Source: Takakia lepidozioides
Lineage: Eukaryota > Plantae > Bryophyta
Length of the DNA stretch: 64,000 nt
Direction: 5' to 3'
NCBI GenBank assembly: GCA_030704615.1
Contig: CM060731.1
Coordinates: 9,610,001 to 9,674,000, forward strand
Shown: positions 38,281 through 50,937 of the stretch, piece after piece
Layout: each line of letters starts with the position of its first letter
Position numbering within the stretch: position 1 is the stretch's first letter
Position numbers and translations under genes: made by a program
Notes under the pieces: generated by a model
Databases searched by the model: none
What the model saw: only the letters and a program-made list of their open reading frames with translations
Told to the model about the DNA's origin: nothing

Positions 38281-41200
38281 TGCTAACATAAAAAGCAAGG
38301 TATAAAAAATGTATGTCAATCCAAAATCCTAAGTAGCCAAAAGAAAAAACCTGAAAGTATACCCTATGAGATTTGGAAAGAAAATAGCGTTATATAACGA
38401 CTTTGGGAAGCGCCTAGTTCTCATGGGAGAAAATGGAAGAAAACATGAGAGAGGATAAAAAGTCAGACCACCAAATAAAAACTATGAGAAATGAAAATTG
38501 CTTAAAATTTGAACAACAGAAGAAAACGTGTAACAATTAGTTTTATCATATGGAAGGTTATTTATATCATGTCTGGTGGATACCAACCGGAGGATGTTCT
38601 GTCAATTTTGAAGTTGCTCAAAAATCCAAACATGTTAAGCATGCTGGTGGACCTTCCATAAAGTTGCTATTGTCATTTTTCAAATTGCATAAAATTGTTG
38701 AAGTATTTTGTATGTTGGATGGGTACCGGCTGAAAGGTTGTTCCTATCTTTTTTGGTTTCAAAAACCTCGGATATATACGGGGTCATGTTGCTACAACGA
38801 GAAAAGAAAGACCTTCCTTCCATCCAACAAATTTGTTGATCCAAATGGTTAGGTGAGGTCACCATACAAGTGGTAAGGTGGACGCCTTTTCATAGCCATA
38901 ATCAAGGCAATGCACATACCTCCACCAAAGAGAAGTTGGGTAACGCGTGAGCACAAAGGCATATTCCCCGAACTTCCGTGAAATTTCCACAGCGAAATGG
39001 CGAAACTAATAATTATGCGAAACTAACACATAAAAAACAAGTAGCCCCTATACCTGATGAACATGTTACCCTATAGATGTGGTTTTTTCTGCTTAGTTTG
39101 TGCCCATATCACCAAGTATTTATCAGTGCGAAATTCACCGCTGCTTACATTGTGCCCATATCAACAAGTATTTCTCGATGTGAAATTCACCGCCGCTATA
39201 GGTTTAGGGTTTCTGGCTACACTACTGAAGGTTTCGCCTCGCTGAATTGGCGCAAATGTACCATACAAATGCACCAGTCCTCTGATGATTTTATTCCGTT
39301 TCGAAAACATATAACTCATATGACCGAGGTTAAAAACATAAAACTCCCATGACCGTGGGTTGTGCTCACGCGGTGAGTATGCTCACGCTGTGCTCACGGA
39401 ATACCAACCCCCCACCAAAGACTCAAAAGTCCCCATATATCCACCCGTGGACTGGCTATCTGTCTATTTTCTATGGCTGAGTTGGCCCAACCTTTTGCCC
39501 TAATCAATAGATGATCTATTAGATGCTAACACACAACATACATTTTTTTGGTCTATCAAAACATACATAATCAAACTTAGTACGAGGGCTTTGTGTTGCT
39601 ATGCTAGTAACGACTTTAACCCTTAAACACCCACCATATCCAAAACAGGCTTTAGGGCCTATTTAGATGTAAATTATTTTTTCAGATGTGTTGCAATTTT
39701 TATGAAATTGGTGCCATAGAATGGTCCTATGGTGGACTTTATGAAGACAATTCTTTCTTTTTCATGCTAAGATTATTTCACACGTGCGAGAGGGTCATTG
39801 TGATGGGATGTGCCTAGATTTGACCAAGTGGCAGCACAACATGCGATGACCAAAATGTCTATTTTTGGCTTGTTGGATGAGGGATCCCAAGGTGAAGCCC
39901 TACTAATCTCGCCTCAATCCCAATTGATCCCATCACTCAAATCTTAAAAACATTGCCAGAAAATTCAACATTTCTCCAATAAGGCCTCACATTCAACATT
40001 GGTGGGGCTGATTGCCCTGAAATTGGCAAGTGGGTGCATGAGGAAGGTACTCACATAATGTGCGGTCAAGTTCTTAATAGTTATTTTTTTCTAAAAATTA
40101 CACCATATTTCATTACAAGAGTCATATTTTCTGAAAAATTTGAACTTATATGGCACTGGGCGTTTAACCCTTAAAGTCTTCCTACAGATAGAGTTTTTGG
40201 GCCCTTAAAATTTCCTACTCTTGGACAGTATAAGCAAGCTACCTACTTGCTATAGTACATCCAAAAATATGAACCTAATTATAAATCAGTTGCTACCTAC
40301 CACATACATCCATCTACCAAATTACAAAGAATTCCACCACAAGAATCTTAAGATTATAGTGCTTTGGTAGGGGTTGTTTATTTTGGAGAAATTTGAGAAA
40401 CCTGCAATGTTAGGTTTGACCAAGAAATGGCAGTATGGGGTTGATTTTTGCTGGCCCCCCCATACCTATGGCCATATCCTATTCCAAGGTATGCAATCAC
40501 GCACAAAATTTCATGCTAAAATGCGATGCTACATGCTCCTTTGTATATATTCTTGGGGGGGGGGTTCAAAACACCTACGTAGCTGAAAGCTTGAAAATGG
40601 AGACCTCCATGCACACAAAACACATAAAATTTGTGAGTTTTGGAAATTCCTTTGGTGAGACTTATGCAATGTGGCATAGAAAGTGATTTGCCAAGAAATT
40701 TATGAAGTTCAAGCAAAAAACAAGTGTAGCTAGATCATCATTTATGTTGAAAATAAAACTTGCCTGAAGCCGGTGGATTTTTTGCCACCTCAGGCAAGAC
40801 TTTCCAGCTAGGTTGGAAGGGTCATGTCACCCACACACCTCAACAATTCATGGGTGTCCCTCCATCGGTGTGTGCAATGTGAACCCCTAAGGTAGAAACA
40901 CCTAAAATGGAGCACATCCCGAAATGGACCCCTAGAAAAATACATAAAACTAACCATATGCGATCTCTAAAAGGTGCTTTTGATCACAAGTGGTCCACAT
41001 TAGGTTGTGTGGTGGGCCAGAATGGAAATGCAATGAACCCTTTTAACTCATACATGATCATGATGACACCACTTAATGGACAAATTAATAACCACCGGCG
41101 CGCACTTTGAGAGAAGTATCAAGTCATGAATGAGTGGAGACATGAAGAATGAATCCAAACATGCATGAGAGGGGATCACATTCCGTGATCAATGATCCCG

Positions 41201-41960
41201 ATTGAGTTTAATCTAGATCAACGATCCAGGATTGAGTTTCATCGAGATGGACCTTGAGCTCAGTTTCCTTAAGGTGGGAGGTTATTTTAAGGTTAGTAAA
41301 TGGTTATGTTAATTGAATGACCATGTTACTATGTTGTTTAATCACTAAAGTGAAAGATGACACATAATTTTTGGGCACATGTGGCTCCAGACACAGTGTT
41401 GTTCAAAATAGTACCCCCTACTGGTCCATTCAAGGATTTTATGATTTCACATTGAATATTCACCAATATTGCAAAATAATTCGGATATTATTTTTTTTCT
41501 TCTTATTTTTGCATTAAATTTCATTTCTTTGTGCCCACATCAGAAAAATATATACGAGGACATTGCACACCTGGTACTGCACACATTTATTAAAGGGTGC
41601 ATTTTAGGTATTTCTACCTTAATGAGGTAGCCTACATAGCCCATAGGATAGACTGCCACACAGTCCACCGCAGATTTTGCATTGCAAGGGAGTATGCGAC
41701 TTGCCACATCGATGGTCAATTCAACGGTTGGGGCCCAAATCTGGGACCCCACCATTTTCTAAAAATCCTACGTGTTGGAGATTTCTTTTTTCTTGGCTGG
41801 ACAGGATGAATCAGGTTGCAGGCTATAAATTTGCTTTAGGAATGGATGAATTCCATCCACATCCGCAAAAGTTACAAAGTCATCAGGTCGGGTTGTTGCT
41901 GGATTGCATATTAAAGGGTGAGTCACAATCCCATTTCCCTCCCAAACCATTGCTCATAGG

Positions 41961-42550
41961 ATGGAACTGATGATGGACAAGAATGTCCTCCTGGCATTGG
42001 TAAAAATTAATCTGGTCCTCATGCAATACATACGTGATCAATTTCTAGAGTTGTTTGGATTAGGACATTGTCCACCAATTTTGCATATGGAGGCACTGCT
42101 TTTGCAAGACCATAATATGGAGGAGGACGAAGATGATAGTACCTTTGAGGAATGCATCCAACAACCATTTGAACCTCAACACTCTCTTCATGATCAAATA
42201 TTTCAAGCCTAAAGGTTCTATTTTGTTTAGGATGTGGATGAAGCACAGGTCTAGAGCGTGGTTTCAAGCTTTTCTCTTGGAGTATGATGACGATCAATGG
42301 CTCATAATTATGAAAATGAATTAGAGGACCTTCAACTGGCTTTGCAATGTGCTTGCTCCTTGGATTTCTATGCAGGACACTAACTATCGCAAGGCTTTAT
42401 TTATTCCCATGCGAGTTGGGGTTGTATATTGTACAAATTAATATGGGCAGCAAATACCGCTGAAATGATAGAGGCATTCGGGATTGGTGCGTCTTCATTA
42501 TATGACCTTTTAACGTCAAGTTGTACCCGTCATTATGTCTGCATTAGGGC
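41961..42550 (+). pseudogene. PIF/Harbinger transposase N-terminal (HTH) fragment
   Basis: MWMKHRSRAWF..YDDDQW..MKMN*RTFNWLCNVLAPWISMQDTNYRKAL..RVGVV/LYKL..FGIGASS matches the Harbinger/ALP1-like pattern; no DDE core visible. Confidence 0.75.
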
Positions 42551-43092
42551 ACCACCTTCACTGGCAAGCTAGCGACACCCTAAGAACATCCAATTTAGTT
42601 CATGGATGTGTGAGCTGGGATTTGGATAACCGCTAGTGCAAGGACTCCAAGTGCTTTTATCAAGATGCTTGGGAGCATCCATTAATCTATTGTCAAGAGG
42701 TCATTCTCATGTGCTAGTTAGTAAATTCTCTCCCCTCTCTGCATATTGGTGGGTTGTCTGACTTGAAGCTCGAGTAGAGTTGTCATGGCAACTGACCACA
42801 CTGATAACAAAGGCAACTCCTCACGCATGCAGAAAATTATGGAGTAAAAGAGCATGTTATATCACAATGTACAGAGTTTCAAAATGTACAAATGTATATG
42901 GTAATTGTTTGAAATTCCTTGGAAGTGCCTCTATGATGGAGACTACCCATGTTGACAAAATCAACGGATCAAGGCTTCAGGCACGCTATAGTAACAATAC
43001 AATAAAAAAATAATTTACAGTAAAAAATAGTTCATTACTTGGTCAAAACAAACTCATCCAAAGCTTAGGCATCAGTATCAATATTCAAGCTG

Positions 43093-44070
43093 TTAAGCAT
43101 TCTGAACTTTGTCAAAAATAATAGAAACTGAACTAATGATTGCATCTCTGTCTATCCATTTACTATCTGTTACATCATACTTGAATTTAAGGCACTGCCC
43201 TCTAGATTTCGAGAAATAATTTAAGAGGATCATTACTGTTGTTGTTGGTTTATCGAAACGATCTATTGGCTGCAGAAATATCCTCCACCCTAAACTCAAA
43301 CTCCCGTGTGAACCAAATGTCATCAATAGTCAAGTCCCCAAATCCAAATCTAGCCCACCTGATAAACCAATAACTAGACGACATGTGTCCCAAACTTGAT
43401 CACCTTTCTGTTCAGAGCCAAAGCACCCGCTCTAACCTTAAATGAGGAAGAAAAACTCAATGAAGACAAGAAGCGCCGGGGCCTAGATTTTAAAACTGCT
43501 TGAGAGTGTATAGAAGTCTTGTGCTGATCTAGTAGTAATACAACAAACATACATTGACATTGGAAAAATAATAGTTGAGCAGTCTTGTTTAAGAACAACG
43601 ATGGATATTTCTGCATTTTGCAAACCCTTAGCTAGTGGAAGCCACAAATGCGGCCCTACAAAGTCAATCAAGCTTGGTTAAGGAATGAGTTAAACCAAAT
43701 GGATTGCTTACAACTTTACTGCTAATGAGCTTATCCAAATATTGAGGGGCACATGCAACCATATCCCTTGGAGAAGGGAAAATACGCAGATTTGCAAACC
43801 CATTAATAATCCAAGCAAAAAAACAAGAAGCTATTGTAGTTATGTTTCTGCACTAGAAAAAATCAATGTCCTCTTGCCAAACATGATGCAGAAGCTCGTA
43901 AAACTGCCACCTAGGTGTATCACTTGGACCCCCCAGTCAGGCGTAAGATAGAAATGCAACAAGGCAGAGAGGAGAGTTGAAGAGTGAGTCTCGAAATTGA
44001 AAATAAACCGCATGCGTATGCTGCCCGAAGTGACTCGTGGAGCATTCAAGCATGCTCGCAGATTATGCAC
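43093..44070 (-). pseudogene. Degenerate coding-like segment, probably TE-derived; family unassigned
   Basis: Pieces such as FYELLHHVWQEDIDFF*CRNITTIASCFFAWIINGFANLRIFPSP and ILLNYFSK..LKFKYDVTDSKWIDRDAIISSV, broken by stops and frameshifts. Confidence 0.35.
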
Positions 44071-44164
44071 AACAAATTCGATACCACAACCTAAGTTAGC
44101 TATGGAAGGTAGTAGGCCTTTGCGGGGGTGAAGCGACCAGTGACACCATAATTTGGGCTTACTT

Positions 44165-44330
44165 GGGCAAGAGTCTTCCTTGGCTTCTCCTCTCTAGGCA
44201 AATCAACCATTGAGCAAGTGCTCTCTTAGGCAAGGGTCTTCCTTGGCTTCCCCTCTCAAATCAACTATAGATCAAGTGCTCTCTTAGGCCTCTCTTAGGC
44301 AAGGGTCTTCCCTGGCTTCTCCTCCCTCAG
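44165..44330 (+). repeat. ~60-bp tandem repeat, about 3 units
   Basis: GGCAAG(A/G)GTCTTCC(T/C)TGGCTTC occurs three times, with CAAATCAAC..CAAGTGCTCTCTTA spacers. Confidence 0.85.
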
Positions 44331-45029
44331 TAGTCAATTCAACCAAATATTGTTTCTGTTGATGGTTACTACAAGTTGACAATCTTGAACAAGGACCCTA
44401 AGAGACCCAGAGCAGGAATCACGGTGCACAGGAGGATGGCATCGGGAGAGTGCATGTGAGAGAGGGTGGATTGAATATCCACAACACTGCCTTTATTACG
44501 TGCTCGTGTGGATTAGGTTCGGGACTCTCAAGCCCGGATGGTTGCACTTGTTGGCGGTGATTGGTTTTGAAAATTCTGAAACCTGTACAGTGGATGTCGG
44601 TAAACAGCTGGCTAACAATCTTGGATTTAGACGGTGATGAGTGGTCCACGGAGCTTGTCCTAGAAATAGTCCGGGATGCATGCGGGATGGGCCCAACCTG
44701 AGTGAGGTGGCCTGCACCTGCACAGCAGAGGGCAGCTAGACAGCCGTAAACGTGTATGTATCTCTGCCCTGTCTGGAAGCATCTCCTGAGAGCGTGTGGT
44801 TTGTACTTGGGTTGGATAGAGAGGCAGAGCAGACTTCTGCAGTAAGTTTGCAGCTATTAGGGAGATATCTGAAGATCCCAAGCAGGAATACAAAGTGTTT
44901 GCGTTTTCCCTTGGACTTGTTTCCTCAGTGGGCTTGCACTGTCAGTAGTCAAAAGCAATTGGAAGGAAGTGAGGGAGAGCGGACGAGGACTCAAACTTGT
45001 GGTGTATTAGTACATAAGGTGCTGCAAAC

Positions 45030-46460
45030 ATGGCAGGAAGTGTGACGTTCTACACTTATCCCCTCGCGTTCAATCCTGCGAAGGCAAAGGTGGCATTGGA
45101 GGAGAAGCACATCAAAGTAAGAGGAGGGCTTCCCTTGATTGCTCTATGACACCTGTTAGTAAGATCTGGCACTTCATGGTGAATATGGGTTTCCTGGTCA
45201 CGGTCTGTTAAGGCTCTTACAGGAATTGAAGTAGGTTCCACAGAATTTCCGTTATAGTTCTGTGAACAAGGATTCGGGCTGTGCGCTACTCAATACGATC
45301 CTTAGGCCTGGTAAAGTAATTGCACATGATGTTGAGCAAACTGCTAGCATGAAAGTGGTACGCATCTCAGCCTCTACTTCGGGGTGATTAGAAGCTAGCG
45401 TAATGCTACCTCAGAAAAAGTGAATTGCACCCTGTTCAACTGGTGTTGAGGGAATTGTAGGGAAGTTCCGACATAGACCTTCGCCTACACCTGGCAGCAC
45501 CTACCACGGGGAAGCACCTGTTTTGAGGCATGAACTCTCAGGGGCAGAAGTCCACAGACCGCTGCTTCTGTGTACATAGTCACTTTCCTTTAAATTGGTC
45601 ATAAATGAAGTGATTGCCCAGACCCTTAAGCTTAACTGTCAATACCCCTTCAATACTCTGTTGTGGACATTCTAAACAAGTTTAAGGTCACCATAAACTT
45701 GAACAGGAAGCAGAGGATTTGATGTTATCCCTCACAGCATCCTTGAAACTCACAAGCATATCATAGATGCACATCAAACACTGCAATTAACCCAACAGAG
45801 GAGAGAATGTACTCATAAGACGTTGTTTGCCGTAGCCTTGTGGCCATTGACCCCCCGCCCAGTTTGAGCGGAACCAACAGAGGAGAGAGACACAGCGAGA
45901 GAGAGAATCAACAGGGAACTGACAGTTCTCACATGTTTGAGTCGGCTAACCTGTAGGTCGGATTTCCTTAGTAAGGCTTGAAACTTACTCCCGCCAGGTG
46001 CTTTGTGAGGGGTACATAGGCTAGTATGTATAACATGGCTAGGCCACAGGGGCAAGTGTGTTAAGTCATGATGTCTTCTTGAGCTGTTACTGATTTCTGC
46101 TTTAAAGTACGTGAGGTTTAGAAATGCTGATATCAAAGTTGATGTACTTGAAGAGGATGGTTGCTAAGATCTCATATTTGAGACATCATGAGCTTTGACA
46201 CACAAAAAGGAGTCCACTCCTCCCTGGTCATTTTTGCCCCAGGCATCTCTCTGCCAGACGTTCTTTTAGCGAACCCCACTTGCACTATGGAGACCCTCTG
46301 GCTTAAACTCTCCGATATCCTTGCAGTGTTGACCCCTCGCCCCTGTTCTTTATGCATGCCGCAGTATACTGAGAAGAAGATTGACATTTTCAGCGGCCGT
46401 CCCTGGAGCCCTGGGAACTAAGCTTGAACCCAATGCATCGCCCCGATGACCTGGTCCCCT
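45030..46460 (+). CDS. Glutathione S-transferase (TCHQD/GDAP1-like) 5' part: exon 45030-45116, exon from 46365 cut at the palindrome centre
   Basis: MAGSVTFYTYPLAFNPAKAKVALEEKHIK|gt...cag|YTEKKIDIFSG; the two-arm consensus continues QSLEPWYLKLNPNASAPTLV (GST N-domain NPxxxxPTL). Confidence 0.8.
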
Positions 46461-46461
46461 G

Positions 46462-47887
46462 TACCAGTGTCGGAGGCTGAGGCATTGGGGTTCAGTTCAG
46501 CTTCAGGTACCAGGCTCCAGGACTGGCGCTGAAAATGTCAATCTTCTTCTCAGTATACTGCGGCATGCATAAAGACAAGGGGAAAGGGGTCAACACTGCA
46601 AGGCCGGAGAGTTTAAGCCAGAGGGTCTCCATATGCAAGTGGGGTTCGGCTTAAAAGAAAGTCTGGGCTAGAGATGCTGGGGCAAAAATGAACAGGAGGA
46701 GTGGACTCCTTTTGTGTGTCAAAGCTGCATGATGTCCAGAAATGAGATCTAGAGCAACCATCCTCTTCAAGTACATCCAACTTTGATATCAGCATTTCTA
46801 AACCTCACGTACTTTAAAGCAGAAATCAGTAAACAGCTCAAGAAGACATCATGACTTAACACACTTGCCCCTGTGGCCTAGCCATGTTATAAAACTAGCC
46901 TATGTACCCTCACAAAGCACCTGGCGGGAGTAAGTTTCAAGCCTTACTAAGGAAATCCGACCTACAGGTTAGCCGACTCAAACATGTGAGAACTGTCAGT
47001 TCCCTGTTGTTCTCTCTCTCGCTGTGTCTCTCTCCTCTGTTGGTTCCGCTCAAACTGGGCGGGGGGGTCAATGGCCACAAGGCTACGCAAACAAACGTCT
47101 TATGAGTACATTCTCTCCTCTGTTGGTTAATTGCAGTGTTTGATGTTGCATCTATGATATGCTTGTGAGTTTCAAGGATGCTGTGAGGGATAACATCAAA
47201 TCCTCTGACTTCCTGTTCAAGTTTTATGTTGACCTTAAACTTGTTTAGAATGTTCCACAACAGAGTATTGAAGGGGTATTGACAGTTAAGCTTAAGGTCT
47301 GGGCAATCACTCATTTAGACCAATTAAAGGAAAGTGACTATGTACACAGAAGCAGCGGTCTGTGGACTTCTGCCCTGAGAGTTCATGCCTCAAAACAGGT
47401 GCTTCCCCGTGGTAGGTGCTGCCAGGTGTAGGCGAAGGTCTATGTCGGAACTTCCCTACAATTCCCTCAACACCAGTTGAACAGGGTGTGCATTCACTTT
47501 TTCTGAGGTAGCATTACGCTAGCTTCTAATCACCCGAAGTAGAGGCTGAGATGCGTACCACTTTCAGCTAGCAGTTTGCTCAACATCATGTGCAATTACT
47601 TTACCAGGCCTAAGGATCGTATTGAGTAGCGCACAGCCCGAATCCTTGTTCACAGAACTATAACGGAAATTTGTGGAACCTACTTCAATTCCTGTAAGAG
47701 CCTTAACAGACCGTGACCAGGAAACCCATATTCACCATGAAGTGCCAGATCTTACTAACAGGTGTCATAGAGCAATCAAGGGAAGCCCCTCCTCTTACTT
47801 TGATGTGCTTCTCCTTCCAATGCCACCTTTGCCTTCGCAGGGATTGAACGCGAGGGGATAAGTGTAGAACGTCACACTTCCTGCCAT
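46462..47887 (-). pseudogene. Mirror copy of the GST 5' exons (47887-47799; from 46557)
   Basis: Reverse complement of 45030-46460 with small indels. Confidence 0.75.
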
Positions 47888-50349
47888 TTGCAGCAGCACC
47901 TTATGTACTAATACACCACAAGTTTGAGTCCTCGTCCGCTTCCCTCACATTCCTTCCAATTGCTTTTGGACTACTGACAGTGCAAGCCCACTGAGGAAAC
48001 AAGTCCAAGGGAAAACGCAAACACTTTGTATTCCTGCTTGGGATCTTAGATATCTCCCTAATAGCTTGCAAACTTACTGCAGAAGTCTGCTCTGCCTCTC
48101 TATCCAACCAAGTACAAACCACACGCTCTCAGGAGATGCTTCCAGACAGGGGCAGAGATACATACACGTTTACGGCTGTCTAGCTGCCCTCTGCTGTGCA
48201 GGTGCAGGCCACCTCACTCAGGTTGGGCCCATCCCGCATGCATCCCGGACTATTTCTAGGACAAGCTCCGTGGACCACTCATCCCGTCTAAATCCAAGAT
48301 TGTTAGCCAGCTGTTTACCGACATCCACTGTACAGGTTTCAGAATTTCAAAACCAATCACCGCCAACAAGTGCAACCATCCGGGCTTGAGAGTCCCGAAC
48401 CTAATCCACACGAGCACGTAATAAAGCAGTGTTGTGGATATTCAATCCACCCTCTTCACATGCACTCTCCCGATGCCATCCTCCTGTGCACGTGTGATTC
48501 CTGCTCTGGGTCTCTTAGGGTCTTGTTCAAGATTGTTCAACTTGTAGTAACCATCAACAGAAAACAATATTTTGGTTGAATTGACTACTGAGGGAGGAGA
48601 AGCCAGGGAAGACCCTTGCCTAAGAGAGGCCTAAGGAGAGCACTTGATCTATAGTTGATTTTGAGAGGGGAAGCCAAGGAAGACCCTTGCCTAAGAGAGC
48701 ACTTGCTCAATGGTTGATTTGCCTAGAGAGGAGAAGCAAAGGGAGACTCTTGCCCAAGTAAGCCCAAATTATGTGTCACTGGTCGCTTCACCCCGCAAAG
48801 GCCTACTACCTTCCATAGCTAACTTAGGTTGTGGTATCGAATTTGTTGTGCATAATTGCGAGCATGCTTGAATGCTCCACGAGTCACTTCGGGCAGCATA
48901 CGCATGCGGTTTATTTTCAATTTCGAGACTCACTCTTCAACTCTCCTCTCTGCCTTTGTTGCATTTCTATCTACGCCTGACTGGGGGTCCAAGTGATACA
49001 CCTAGGTGGCAGTTTACGAGCTTCTGCATCATGTTTGGCAAGAGGACATTGATTTTTCTAGTGCAGAAACATAACTACAATTAAGCTTCTTGTTTTTTTT
49101 GCTTGGATTATTAATGGGTTTGCAAATCTGCGTATTTTCCCTTCTCCAAGGATATGGTTGCATGTGCCCCAAATTGGATAAGCTCATTAGCAGTAAAGTT
49201 GTAAGCAATCCATTTGGTTTAACTCATTCCTTAACCAAGCTTGATTGACTTTGTAGGGCCGCATTTGTGGCTTCCACTAGCTAGGTTTGCAAAATGCAGA
49301 AATATCCATCGTTGTTCTTAAACAAGACTGCTCAACTATTATTTTTCCAAGTCAATGTATGTTTGTTGTATTACTACTAGATCAGCACAAGACTTCTATA
49401 CACTCTCAAGCAGTTTTAAAATCTAGGCCCGGCGCTTCTTGTCTTCATTGAGTTTTTCTTCCTCATTAAGGTTAGAGCGGGTGCTTTGGCTCTGAACAGA
49501 AAGTGATCAAGTTTGGGACACATGTCGTCTAGTTATTGGTTTATCAGGTGGGCTAGATTTGGATTTGGGGACTTGACTATTGATGACATTGGTTCACCCG
49601 GGAGTTTGAGTTTAGGGTGGAGGATATTTGCAGCCAATAGATCGTTTCGATAAACCAACAACAACAGTAATGATCCTCTTAAATTATTCTCGAAATCTAG
49701 AGGGCAGTGCCTTAAATTCAAGTATGATGTAACAGATAGTAAATGGATAGACAGAGATGCAATCATTAGTTCAGTTTCTATTTTTTTTGACAAAGTTCAG
49801 AATGCTTAACAGCTTGAAATTGATACTGATGCCTAAGCTTTGGATGAGTTTGTTTGACCAAGTAATGAACTATTTTTTACTGTAAATTATTTTTTTATTG
49901 TATTGTTACTATAGCGTGCCTGAAGCCTTGATCCGTTGATTTTGTCAACATGGGTAGTCCTCCATCATAGAGGCACTTCCAAGGAATTTCAAACAATTAC
50001 CATATACATTGTACATTTTGAAACTCTGTACATTGTGATATAACATGCTCTTTTACTCCATAATTTTCTGCATGCGTGAGGAGTTGCCTTTGTTATCAGT
50101 GTGTGTCAGTTGCCATGACAACTCTACTCGAGCTTCAAGTCAGACAACCCACCAATATGCAGGAGGGGAGAGAATTTACTAACTAGCACATGAGAATGAC
50201 CTCTTGAAAATAGATTAATGGATGCTCCCAAGCATCTGATAAAAGCACTTGGAGTCCTTGCACTAGCGGTTATCCAAATCCCAGCTCACACATCCATGAA
50301 CTAAATGGATGTCTTAGGTGGTGTCGCTAGCTTGCCAGTGAAGGTGGTG

Positions 50350-50937
50350 CCCTAATGCAGACATAATGACGGTTACAACTTGACGTTAAAAGGTCATATA
50401 ATGAAGACGCACCAATCCCGAATGCCTCTATCATTCAGCGGTATTTGCTGCCCATATTAATTTGTACAATATACAACCCCAACTCGCAGGGGAATAAAAT
50501 AAAGCCTTGCGATAGTTAGTGTCCTGCATAGAAATCCAAGGAGCAAGCACATTGCAAAGCCAGTTGAAGGTCCTCTAATTCATTTTCATAATTATGAGCC
50601 ATTGATCGTCATCATACTCCAAAGAAAAAGCTTGAAACCCACGCTCTAGACCTGTGCTTCATCCACATCCTAAACAAATAGAACCTTTAGGCTTGAAATA
50701 TTTGATCATGAAGAGAGTGTTGAGGTTCAAATGGTTGTTGGATGCATTCCTCAAAGGTACTATCATCTTCGTCCTCCTCCATATTATGGTCTTGCAAAAG
50801 CAGTGCCTCCATATGCAAAATTGGTGGCAATGTCCTAATCCAAACAACTCTAGAAATTGATCACGTATGTATTGCATGAGGACCAGATTAATTTTTACCA
50901 ATGCCAGGAGGACATTCTTGTCCATCATCAGTTCCAT
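50350..50937 (-). pseudogene. Mirror copy of the Harbinger transposase fragment
   Basis: ORF 50659-50937 starts identically to 41961. Confidence 0.72.

Noticed and set aside
46440-46480. Sequencing adapter or TE terminus at the palindrome centre
   Set aside because: No recognisable SMRTbell adapter, TIR or LTR end; the sequence is garbled GST exon.
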